A DNA stretch of 64,000 nt from Burkholderiales bacterium (lineage in GTDB: Bacteria > Pseudomonadota > Gammaproteobacteria > Burkholderiales > SG8-39), in NCBI GenBank assembly GCA_026417035.1, contig JAOAEA010000015.1:824-64823 (forward strand), written 5' to 3'. The stretch's first letter is position 1; every line of letters begins with the position of its first letter. Below are positions 26,988-34,665 of the stretch, in pieces. The position numbers were made by a program, and so were the translations under genes. The notes beneath the pieces were generated by a model. It ran no database searches. It was not told the DNA's origin and saw only the letters and a program-made list of their open reading frames with translations.

Positions 26988-28745
26988 TCACCGCCCGCGC
27001 AGGAACAGCCGGTCGAGGTCCGCGAGCGTGAGCTGGTGCCACGTCGGCCGGCCGTGGTTGCACTGGCCGGAGCGCTCGGTCGCCTCCATCTGCCGCAGGA
27101 GGGCGTTCATCTCCGGCACCGTCAGCGTCCGGTGCGCGCGCACGGCGCCGTGGCAGGCCATCGTGGCGAGGAGCTCGTTCTGCCGCTCGGCGAGCACCCG
27201 GCTCGCGCCGTATTCGCGGATGTCGGCGAGCAGGCCGCGCACGAGCGCGGGGATGTCGCCGCTCGCGACGAGCTCCGGCACCGAGCGCACCGCGAGCGCG
27301 GTCGGGGAGAGCGGTTCGACCGTGAAACCGAGCGCGCCGAGGGTCGCCGCGTGCTCCTCCGCGGTCGCCACTTCGAGCGCATCCGCGGTGAGCGTCACGG
27401 GAATGAGCAGGGGCTGCGAGACGAAGCCGCGCTCCGCGAGCGCGCTCTTCAGGCGCTCGTAGAGGATCCGCTCGTGGGCCGCGTGCATGTCGACGAGCAC
27501 GAGGCCGGCGCGGTTCTGGGCGAGGATGTACACGCCGTGCAGCTGCGCGAGCGCGTAGCCGAGCGGCGCGTCCTCCGTCTCGCGCGCCGCCTCGTCACCG
27601 CGTGGCGGCGCGAGGACTTCCGCCGGCGCTTCGCGCAGCGCGGTGAAGAGGGCGCCATAGGCCGCGACCGGCTGCTCGACGCCGAGGCGCGCCTGGAAGG
27701 CGGCGCGCGCCGGGGGCGGCGATGCGGCGGGGACGGCCGCGGCCGGCGCGCCCGGCGCCACCGGGCCTGCGAGCGCGCGCGCCACCGCGTGGAACACGAA
27801 CTGGTGCACGGGGCGCGGGTCGCGGAAGCGCACCTCGGTCTTGGCCGGATGCACGTTCACGTCCACCGCTCCCGGGTCGATCTCGAGGAAGAGCGCGTAG
27901 GCGGCGAACCGGTCGCCGTGCAGCACGTCGGCGTAGGCCTCGCGCAGCGCGTGCGCGAGCAGACGGTCGCGCACGAACCGGCCGTTCACGAAGAGGTATT
28001 GCGCGTCGCGGCTCGCGCGCGCCTGCGCCGGCGCGCCCGCGTAGCCGTACAGCCGCAGGCTCCCCGCCTGCGCCTCGACCGCGCGCGCGTGGCGCGCGAA
28101 CGTCTCGCCCAGCACGGCGGCGATCCGCTCGGCGAGCCCGCCGGCGGGGAAATGCGCGCTGACGCGCTCGTTGTGCCGGAGCGTCATCGCGACGTCCGGC
28201 CGCGCCAGGGCGACGCGATGGAACGCCTCGGCGGCGTGCCCGAGCTCGGTGGCCTCCGTCTTGAGGAACTTGCGGCGCGCCGGCGTGTTGAAGTAGAGGT
28301 CCGCGACCTCGACGCTCGTGCCCGCCGGATGCGCAGCGGGCTCGACACCGCTGGCGGGCCCGCCTTCCGCGGCGATGCGCCAGGCGTGCTGCGCGCCGGC
28401 GCTGCGGCTCACGATCGCGACCCGCGCGACCGAGGCGATGCTCGCGAGCGCTTCGCCGCGGAATCCGAGGGTCGCCACCTGCTCGAGATCGGCGAGCGTG
28501 GCGATCTTGCTCGTGGCATGGCGCGCGAGCGCGAGCGGCAGGTCCTCGGCGGCGATGCCGCGCCCGTCGTCGGTGACCTTGATCCGCTTCGCGCCGCCCT
28601 GCGCGAGGGCGACGGTGATGGTGCGCGCGCCGGCGTCGAGGCTGTTCTCGACGAGCTCCTTCACCACGGAAGCCGGACGCTCCACGACCTCGCCGGCCGC
28701 GATCTGGCTGACCAGCGTCTCGGGCAGGAGCCGGATCGCGCCCAT
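26988..28745 (-). CDS. mutL: DNA mismatch repair protein MutL
   Basis: Internal Met of ORF 26988..29294: MGAIRLLPETLVSQIAAGEVVERPASVVKELVENSLDAGARTITV...DDGRGI...LGFRGEALASIASV... C-terminus ...CNHGRPTW. Confidence 0.9.
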   Translation of the reverse strand: MGAIRLLPETLVSQIAAGEVVERPASVVKELVENSLDAGARTITVALAQGGAKRIKVTDDGRGIAAEDLPLALARHATSKIATLADLEQVATLGFRGEALASIASVARVAIVSRSAGAQHAWRIAAEGGPASGVEPAAHPAGTSVEVADLYFNTPARRKFLKTEATELGHAAEAFHRVALARPDVAMTLRHNERVSAHFPAGGLAERIAAVLGETFARHARAVEAQAGSLRLYGYAGAPAQARASRDAQYLFVNGRFVRDRLLAHALREAYADVLHGDRFAAYALFLEIDPGAVDVNVHPAKTEVRFRDPRPVHQFVFHAVARALAGPVAPGAPAAAVPAASPPPARAAFQARLGVEQPVAAYGALFTALREAPAEVLAPPRGDEAARETEDAPLGYALAQLHGVYILAQNRAGLVLVDMHAAHERILYERLKSALAERGFVSQPLLIPVTLTADALEVATAEEHAATLGALGFTVEPLSPTALAVRSVPELVASGDIPALVRGLLADIREYGASRVLAERQNELLATMACHGAVRAHRTLTVPEMNALLRQMEATERSGQCNHGRPTWHQLTLADLDRLFLRGR

Positions 28746-28747
28746 GC

Positions 28748-29254
28748 TCACGCCGCGGCGGCGACGTCCGCGACCGCGCCGCCGGTGATGCGCACGAGGT
28801 CCGCGGGCGCGAGCCGGAACACCGTGTGCGGATGCCCGGCGGCAGCCCAGATCTCCCGGTAGCCGAGGAGCGCCCGGTCGACGACGGCGCGCAGCCGCGT
28901 CGGGTGGGCGACCGGGGCGACGCCGCCGATCGCGAACCCCGACCGCGCGCGGACGAACGCCGCGTCGGCCTTCGCCACGGGCTCGCCGAACGCCGCCGCG
29001 AGGCGCGCGACGTCGACGCGGTTGGCGCCGCTCGCCATCACGAGCAGCGCCTCGCCGGTCGCCTCGCCGCGGAAGACGAGCGAATTGGCGATCGCGCCGA
29101 CCTCGCACCCGAGCTGGGCCGCGGCGTCGCGCGCGGTGCGCGCGGCGCCGGCGAGCAGCACGATTTGCGCGTCGAGGCCCAGCGCGGCGAGCGCTGCGCG
29201 CACGCGCGCGACGCTCGGCGAGTCGAGCACGGCGCTCGGGGCGGGCGAGGACAA
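28748..29254 (-). CDS. YbaK/EbsC/ProX-type aminoacyl-tRNA deacylase domain protein
   Basis: 168 aa: ...ARTARDAAAQLGCEVGAIANSLVFRGEATGEALLVMASGANRVD...AIGGVAPVAH... The stop lies 2 nt before the mutL ATG. Confidence 0.75.
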   Translation of the reverse strand: MSSPAPSAVLDSPSVARVRAALAALGLDAQIVLLAGAARTARDAAAQLGCEVGAIANSLVFRGEATGEALLVMASGANRVDVARLAAAFGEPVAKADAAFVRARSGFAIGGVAPVAHPTRLRAVVDRALLGYREIWAAAGHPHTVFRLAPADLVRITGGAVADVAAAA

Positions 29255-29293
29255 GGCGGGAAGGGCGCGAGCGCGGGGGAACGGGAGCCGGCA

Positions 29294-29299
29294 ATTATA
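29294..29299 (-). promoter_or_regulatory. candidate -10 (TATAAT) for the ybaK-like/mutL operon
   Basis: attata on the + strand is TATAAT on the - strand, 40 nt upstream of the 29254 start. Confidence 0.4.
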
Positions 29300-29313
29300 G
29301 CCGCGCGCGCGGG

Positions 29314-29319
29314 TAGAAT
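29314..29319 (+). promoter_or_regulatory. candidate -10 (TAGAAT) for dedA
   Basis: tagaat lies 31 nt upstream of the dedA GTG. Confidence 0.35.
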
Positions 29320-29349
29320 ACCGCGGCCCCGCCGCACGCGCCCCCGCCC

Positions 29350-29991
29350 GTGGAACTCCTCGCCCAGCTCTGGGACCTCGCCGTCCACCTCGACCGTCAC
29401 CTCGCGGCCGTGCTCGCGCAGTACGGAACGTGGATCTACGCGCTCCTGTTCCTCATCGTGTTCTGCGAGACGGGCCTCGTCGTCACGCCGTTCCTGCCCG
29501 GGGATTCGCTCCTCTTCGTCGCGGGCGCGCTCTGGGCGGCCGCGGGCATGGAGGCGCACTGGCTCGCGCTGACGCTCATCTCGGCGGCGCTCCTCGGCGA
29601 CAACGTCAACTACTGGGTCGGGCGCTACCTCGGGCCGAAGGTCTTCCGCTGGGAGCGCTCGCGCATCTTCAACCGCCAGGCGCTCGACTACACGCGCGAG
29701 TTCTACCGCCGCCACGGCGGCAAGACGATCATCATCGCCCGCTTCGTGCCGCTGGTGCGCACCTTCGCGCCCTTCGTCGCCGGCATCGGGCGCATGCCCT
29801 ACCCGCGCTACATCGCGTTCAGCGTCTTCGGCGCGCTGCTCTGGGTGCTCTCGCTCGTCTACCTCGGCTACTTCTTCGGCAACCTGCCGATCGTGAAGCA
29901 GAACCTGACCGCGGTCATCTTCCTCATCATCGGCATCTCGCTCGCGCCGATCGCGGTCCAGTGGCTGCGGCACCGGCGCGCCGCCGGTTGA
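29350..29991 (+). CDS. dedA: DedA family inner-membrane protein
   Basis: 213 aa: ...FLIVFCETGLVVTPFLPGDSLLFVAG...LLGDNVNYWVGRYLG...GGKTIIIARFVPLVRTFAPFVAGIG... Confidence 0.9.
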   Translation: MELLAQLWDLAVHLDRHLAAVLAQYGTWIYALLFLIVFCETGLVVTPFLPGDSLLFVAGALWAAAGMEAHWLALTLISAALLGDNVNYWVGRYLGPKVFRWERSRIFNRQALDYTREFYRRHGGKTIIIARFVPLVRTFAPFVAGIGRMPYPRYIAFSVFGALLWVLSLVYLGYFFGNLPIVKQNLTAVIFLIIGISLAPIAVQWLRHRRAAG

Positions 29992-30181
29992 GCCCGCCGC
30001 TCGCGGCTCGGCGCGCGCGCACGGGGACGGTCCCATCCAACGCATCCGATACCGCCGGGATCCCGCGCTCCGCGGCGCGTATGCGAGGCGCCGTGTCGCA
30101 GACGGGCACGACCGTCTCGCCATCCCGGTCGTCTGGGTCGCGTTCGCGATTTCGATCGCAATCCACGTCGCGGTCCTCTGG

Positions 30182-30949
30182 GTGGCGCACCCGGACGTGC
30201 GCCACCTGCCCTTCGAGGGTCCGGAGCACGGCAAGTCGGGCGGACGCCTCACCGTCGAGCTCGCGCCCGCGCCGCCCGCGAAGCCCGCGCCGCCGCCCGC
30301 GGCGCCCCCGGTAACCGCGCCCGCGCCGCCGTCGGCCAAACGCGGCGAGCCGCCGAGGCCGGCAAGGCCCGCGCCGCCGCCCGTGATCGCGCGGGCGGAG
30401 CCGGGCGCCGCGCCCGCGCCACCCGCGGCCGCGCCGGCGCCCCCGGCCGCGGAGAGCGACCTCGCCTCGTACATCGAGGCACGGCGCAAGGCGCGCGCCG
30501 AGGCGACGGCTCCGGCATCGGAGGCCGCACCGCCGCCGGCGCGCGCGCAGGAGAGCGAGCGCGAACGCCACAGTCGCGAGGTGGCCGCGAAGCTCGGGCT
30601 CGACAACTCGCCGACGATCGGCTACGACCCCCGCGCCGGCGGCGGGATCTTCCAGATCCAGTACGTCGCGGCCGACCAGGCCGAGTTCGTGTTCTTCGGC
30701 TGGAACCGCGACATCCGCCGCAACACGCGGCAGCGGGTGAAGGTCGAGCGCGGCGAGAACCCCGACATCCGCATCGCCGTGGTGCGGAAGATGATCGCGA
30801 TCATCCGCGAGAACGTGTCGGGCGACTTCGTGTGGGTCTCGCAGCGGCTGCGGCGCGACGTGACGCTCTCGGCGCGCGTGCAGGACAACGCCGGGCTCGA
30901 GGACTTCCTGATGCAGGAGTTCTTCGGCGACGCGCGCCTGCCGCGCTGA
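30182..30949 (+). CDS. proline-rich protein with an uncharacterised C-terminal domain; TonB-like N-terminal anchor encoded in frame upstream (true start unresolved)
   Basis: The track ORF starts at GTG 30182 and has a long PAPPAKPAPPPAAPP... linker. The same frame upstream (30116-30181) reads LAIPVVWVAFAISIAIHVAVLW, a TM helix with the TonB SxxxH signature, but I find no ATG/GTG/TTG before it. Confidence 0.55.
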   Translation: MAHPDVRHLPFEGPEHGKSGGRLTVELAPAPPAKPAPPPAAPPVTAPAPPSAKRGEPPRPARPAPPPVIARAEPGAAPAPPAAAPAPPAAESDLASYIEARRKARAEATAPASEAAPPPARAQESERERHSREVAAKLGLDNSPTIGYDPRAGGGIFQIQYVAADQAEFVFFGWNRDIRRNTRQRVKVERGENPDIRIAVVRKMIAIIRENVSGDFVWVSQRLRRDVTLSARVQDNAGLEDFLMQEFFGDARLPR

Positions 30950-31059
30950 GGCAGCTCGGCGTCGAGGGGGGAACACGCCCCTGGGGCGCCCGCCTCGGCG
31001 CAAGCCCCGATCGGTCTCGCGCATCGCTCGGGGGCATCCCCCGAACGCGCGCCGCGCGT

Positions 31060-33189
31060 TCACGCTGCCGCCGTCGCCTTCGCCCCGTCCGGCTTCGCCG
31101 CCGCCCGCTTGCGCGGCCCCGCCGCGCGCGGCTTCCCGGCCGCGGGCGCCGCCGCGGCCGCCTTCGCCCGCGCCGCGAGCGCGAGCTTGCGGACCTTCGC
31201 GATGTCGGCGTCGGTGAACGGGCCGTTCACGCCCGAAATCGCCGCGAGCTTCATGCCGTGCTTCAGGCCGAGCTTGTAGATCTCGCGCACCTTCTCCCAC
31301 TCGATGTTGCGGCCGACGGTGTAGTTCTCGAACCGCCCCTCGAGCGCGAGCACGATGGTCTCGGCGAGGCACGCGTAGGCGACGCCCTTCGGCAGGCCGA
31401 TGTTCTTCATGCGCACCTTGCCCGGCAGCTGGATCTCGCCCGACTCGATCACCAGCACGTCGGGGCGCTTGGCCACCTCCTCGGGCGGCAGGTCGAGCGG
31501 GCGCGCGACGTCGGTGATGACGCAGCCGGGCTTCACCTTCATGATGTCGAGCACCTTCTTGCCCGCCCCGGAGGTCGCGGTGACGATCATGTCCATCCCG
31601 GGAAGGTCGCGGTCGGCGCGCGAGGAGAGGAAGAGCCTCGCGTCGGGGGTCTCCTTGAGGATGGACTCCTTCAGCGCGAGCAGCTTCGCGGTCTCGGGCG
31701 AGACCATGTAGAGCTCCTCCGCGACCATCGCGAGCAGGCGCGCGCACGCCGAGCCGATCGCGCCGGTGGCGCCGACCACCATCGCCTTGAATTTCACCTT
31801 CTCGCCGTGGTTCGGCCGCGGCACCAGGCCGAGCCGCAGGATCGCGTCGTGCGCCGCCCAGAGGGCACCGGAGGCGCTGTAGCTGTTGCCGGTGGTGATC
31901 GGCAGCGGCGCGCGCCGCGCGACCGTCAGGCCGGCGTCGCCGACGACCTTGGTGAACGCGCCGAGCCCCATGATCTGCGCGCCGAGCTTCTTCGCCATGC
32001 GCGCGGCGTCGAGCAGGCGCCGGTAGGTGAACTCGGGCCCGTGGCGCATGATCTCCTTCGGCGTGCCGCCGACCGAGATGAGCCAGCCCTCGGCCTCGAC
32101 CCCGGTCGGCGACTTGATGCCGGTCACCTTCGAGTAGACGAACGGCGGGGCGTAGGCGAGCGCCTTCTCCAGCGTGTCCATGAGGATCGGCGGCGACACC
32201 TGCGAGAGCACCTCGATCGGCTTCACGATCTTGAAGTACTCCTGCGACAGCGGATGGATCACGAAGGCGAAGCGGTTGACGCGCCGGAACCCGTTCGGGT
32301 AGACGATGCGCGGCTCGAGCTTGAGCGTCTCGATGATCTCGAGGTAGTCGTCTTCGAGGATCTCGTCGGGCGCCTTGCCGGTCGCGGCGAGGATCATGGC
32401 GTCGAGGAGGCTCGGCCCGAGCACGCGGCCGAAGAGCACCGGCGCGCCGTCCACCACCATGTCGACGTTCTTCTCCTTGAACGCCCGGATGCGCCGGTCG
32501 TTCACGGTCGAGGTGACGATCGTCTTGCGCGCGAGCTCCTCGGCGCCGAAGCGGTCGAGCTCGTGCACCGGCGCGACGATCACCGTGGCCTCCCGCATCG
32601 CCCGCCGGAGGGCGAGGCGCGCGAGCTCGCGCAGCGGGATGGCGCTGCGCACCGCGGCGGCGGCGAGGTCCTCGACGTAGTGCGCGCCGCCCGCGAAGAG
32701 CTCGAGGCTCTCGAGCGAGGTGAGCATCTTCGGCACGCCGAGCGTGAGCACGGCGTCGGCGAACTCGATGTTCTGGGTGAACTCGCTCATCGCCTGGGCG
32801 AGCTTGTAGTTGGTGCGCCCGGAGAAGAAGAGCACCTTGGCGTTGTTGAAGTAGTTGCCGAGCTTCGCCTGCACGCGCCGCAGCGCCCACTCCTGCAGGA
32901 TGTCGTTGAGCCGGCCGCCGGTGGTGACGGGCACCTTCGTGGCCAGCCCGACGAGGCGCGCGCTCGCCTTCTCGACGAAGCGGCGCGAGCCGACGGTGTA
33001 GCTGTCCTTCACCACGCCGAGGCCGATCGCGTCGGCGCGGCTCTCCCAGCGGCGGATGAGCCGCTCGGCCTCGGCGGTGCTGCCGTTCGCACCGACGCGC
33101 CGCACGCTCAACCGCTTGCCGAGGAACCGGGCGTCGATCGCGAAGTCTTCCTCGCCCGCGCCGAGGCTGATGCCGACCACTTTCTTCAT
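31060..33189 (-). CDS. two-domain fusion: uncharacterised N-terminal domain plus acyl-ACP reductase (AAR)-like NAD(P)-dependent reductase with an Ala/Lys/Pro-rich tail
   Basis: 709 aa. The C-terminal half carries FAFVIHP, GLGAFTKVV, TTGNSYSA, VVGATGAIGSACARLL and YACLAETIVLALEGRFENYTVGRNIEWEKV...KHGM. These parallel cyanobacterial AAR motifs, including the catalytic Cys. Confidence 0.85.
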   Translation of the reverse strand: MKKVVGISLGAGEEDFAIDARFLGKRLSVRRVGANGSTAEAERLIRRWESRADAIGLGVVKDSYTVGSRRFVEKASARLVGLATKVPVTTGGRLNDILQEWALRRVQAKLGNYFNNAKVLFFSGRTNYKLAQAMSEFTQNIEFADAVLTLGVPKMLTSLESLELFAGGAHYVEDLAAAAVRSAIPLRELARLALRRAMREATVIVAPVHELDRFGAEELARKTIVTSTVNDRRIRAFKEKNVDMVVDGAPVLFGRVLGPSLLDAMILAATGKAPDEILEDDYLEIIETLKLEPRIVYPNGFRRVNRFAFVIHPLSQEYFKIVKPIEVLSQVSPPILMDTLEKALAYAPPFVYSKVTGIKSPTGVEAEGWLISVGGTPKEIMRHGPEFTYRRLLDAARMAKKLGAQIMGLGAFTKVVGDAGLTVARRAPLPITTGNSYSASGALWAAHDAILRLGLVPRPNHGEKVKFKAMVVGATGAIGSACARLLAMVAEELYMVSPETAKLLALKESILKETPDARLFLSSRADRDLPGMDMIVTATSGAGKKVLDIMKVKPGCVITDVARPLDLPPEEVAKRPDVLVIESGEIQLPGKVRMKNIGLPKGVAYACLAETIVLALEGRFENYTVGRNIEWEKVREIYKLGLKHGMKLAAISGVNGPFTDADIAKVRKLALAARAKAAAAAPAAGKPRAAGPRKRAAAKPDGAKATAAA

Positions 33190-33249
33190 GGGACCCTCAC
33201 CGAAGGAGCACGGCCCGCCGCGCGCCGGTCGCCCGCGGCTGTCAAGCGG

Positions 33250-33255
33250 ATTCTA
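33250..33255 (-). promoter_or_regulatory. candidate -10 (TAGAAT) for the AAR-like gene
   Basis: attcta on the + strand is TAGAAT on the - strand, about 60 nt upstream of the 33189 start, in the 176-bp divergent region shared with the Fe-ADH gene. Confidence 0.3.
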
Positions 33256-33365
33256 AGGTCGGGCCGGCCGCCGGCTTCGACCTCGATCAAGTTCCGTGCG
33301 CAGCGCCGGCCTGTTCCGGCCGCGCGGTTTCGGGCAAGCTAGCTGCATCGAAGGAGGGGTCGCGC

Positions 33366-34652
33366 ATGAAGGGGATCGAAGTGCCGGAAGCCGTCGGCAA
33401 CGTGGTGCGCTCGGTGGGCCTCGCGACGGCGATGCGCGCCGCCGGGGTGGTGACCGGGATCCTGCCGATCCCGCAGCCGGCGCTCCTCGTCGGGCCAGGG
33501 TCGAGCCGGCGGCTCGGCGAGGCGATCGCCGCGGTCGGGCACCGCAAGGTGCTCGTCGTCACCGACCGGGTGGTCTCGGGCATGGGTCTCGCCGGCGGCC
33601 TGAAGGGCGCGCTGCGCGCCGGCGGCACCGCCCAGGTCGTGTTCGACGAGGTGACGCCGGATGCGCCGATCCCGGTCGTGGAACGGGGCATCGCGGTGTG
33701 CCGGAAGTCGGGCTGCGACGCGATCGTCGCCTTTGGCGGCGGCTCGCCGATGGACGCGGCCAAGGCCATCGCCATGTCGGTCGCGAGCGGCAAGCACCCG
33801 CGCGACCTGGTCGGCTATTTCAAGGGGCGGGGCTCGCCGCTGCCGCTCTATGCGGTGCCGACGACGGCCGGCACCGGCTCGGAGGTCACGGTCGCCGCGG
33901 TGATCTCGGATCCGGCGGCGGGGAAGAAGCTCGTCATCGCGGACACCCGCCTCGTGCCGGAGATGGCCGCGCTCGACCCGGAGCTGATGACCGGGCTGCC
34001 GCGGCCGGTGACGGCCGCGACCGGCATGGACGCGCTCACCCACGCAGTCGAGGCGTTCGTCGGCAAGTGGGCGACGCCGCACACCGACCGGCTCGCCGCC
34101 GCGGCGGTGCGCATGATTTACCGCAACCTCCGCGTCGCCTATCGCGACGGGCGCAACCTCGCGGCGCGCGAGCAGATGGCGCTCGCCGCCACTTACGCGG
34201 GGCTGGCCTTCACCCGCGCCAACGTCGGCTACGTGCACGCGATCGCGCACCAGCTCGGCGGCCGATACCACGTCCCCCACGGCCTCGCGAACGCGATCCT
34301 GCTGCCCCACGTCCTCAAGTTCCTCAGCCCGGCGGTGACCCAGCGCCTCGCCGCGCTCGCCGTGCACGCCGGCGTCGGCAGGTCCGGAGAGCGGCCGGCC
34401 ACGCTCGCGAGGAAATTCATCGCGTCGGTGGAGGCGATGAACCGCGCGCTCGGCATCCCCGGCGCGGTCGAGGCGCTGCGCGAAGCCGACATCCCCGAGC
34501 TCGCCAAGGCGGCGTGCTGGGAGGCCGACACGAACTACCCGGTCCCGCGCTACATGTCGCCGAAGGTCTGCGAGGGAATCCTGCGCGGCGTGCTGCCGGC
34601 GGAGAAGCCGGCCCGGGGCGCACGCGCGACGGGCGCGCGGGCGGCGCGTTGA
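33366..34652 (+). CDS. iron-containing (group III) alcohol dehydrogenase
   Basis: 428 aa: ...VAFGGGSPMDAAKAIA...AVPTTAGTGSEVT...GMDALTHAVEAF...YVHAIAHQLGGRYHVPHGLANAILLPHV. SD gaaggagggg. Confidence 0.9.
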   Translation: MKGIEVPEAVGNVVRSVGLATAMRAAGVVTGILPIPQPALLVGPGSSRRLGEAIAAVGHRKVLVVTDRVVSGMGLAGGLKGALRAGGTAQVVFDEVTPDAPIPVVERGIAVCRKSGCDAIVAFGGGSPMDAAKAIAMSVASGKHPRDLVGYFKGRGSPLPLYAVPTTAGTGSEVTVAAVISDPAAGKKLVIADTRLVPEMAALDPELMTGLPRPVTAATGMDALTHAVEAFVGKWATPHTDRLAAAAVRMIYRNLRVAYRDGRNLAAREQMALAATYAGLAFTRANVGYVHAIAHQLGGRYHVPHGLANAILLPHVLKFLSPAVTQRLAALAVHAGVGRSGERPATLARKFIASVEAMNRALGIPGAVEALREADIPELAKAACWEADTNYPVPRYMSPKVCEGILRGVLPAEKPARGARATGARAAR

Positions 34653-34665
34653 GCGCCGCGGCGCT

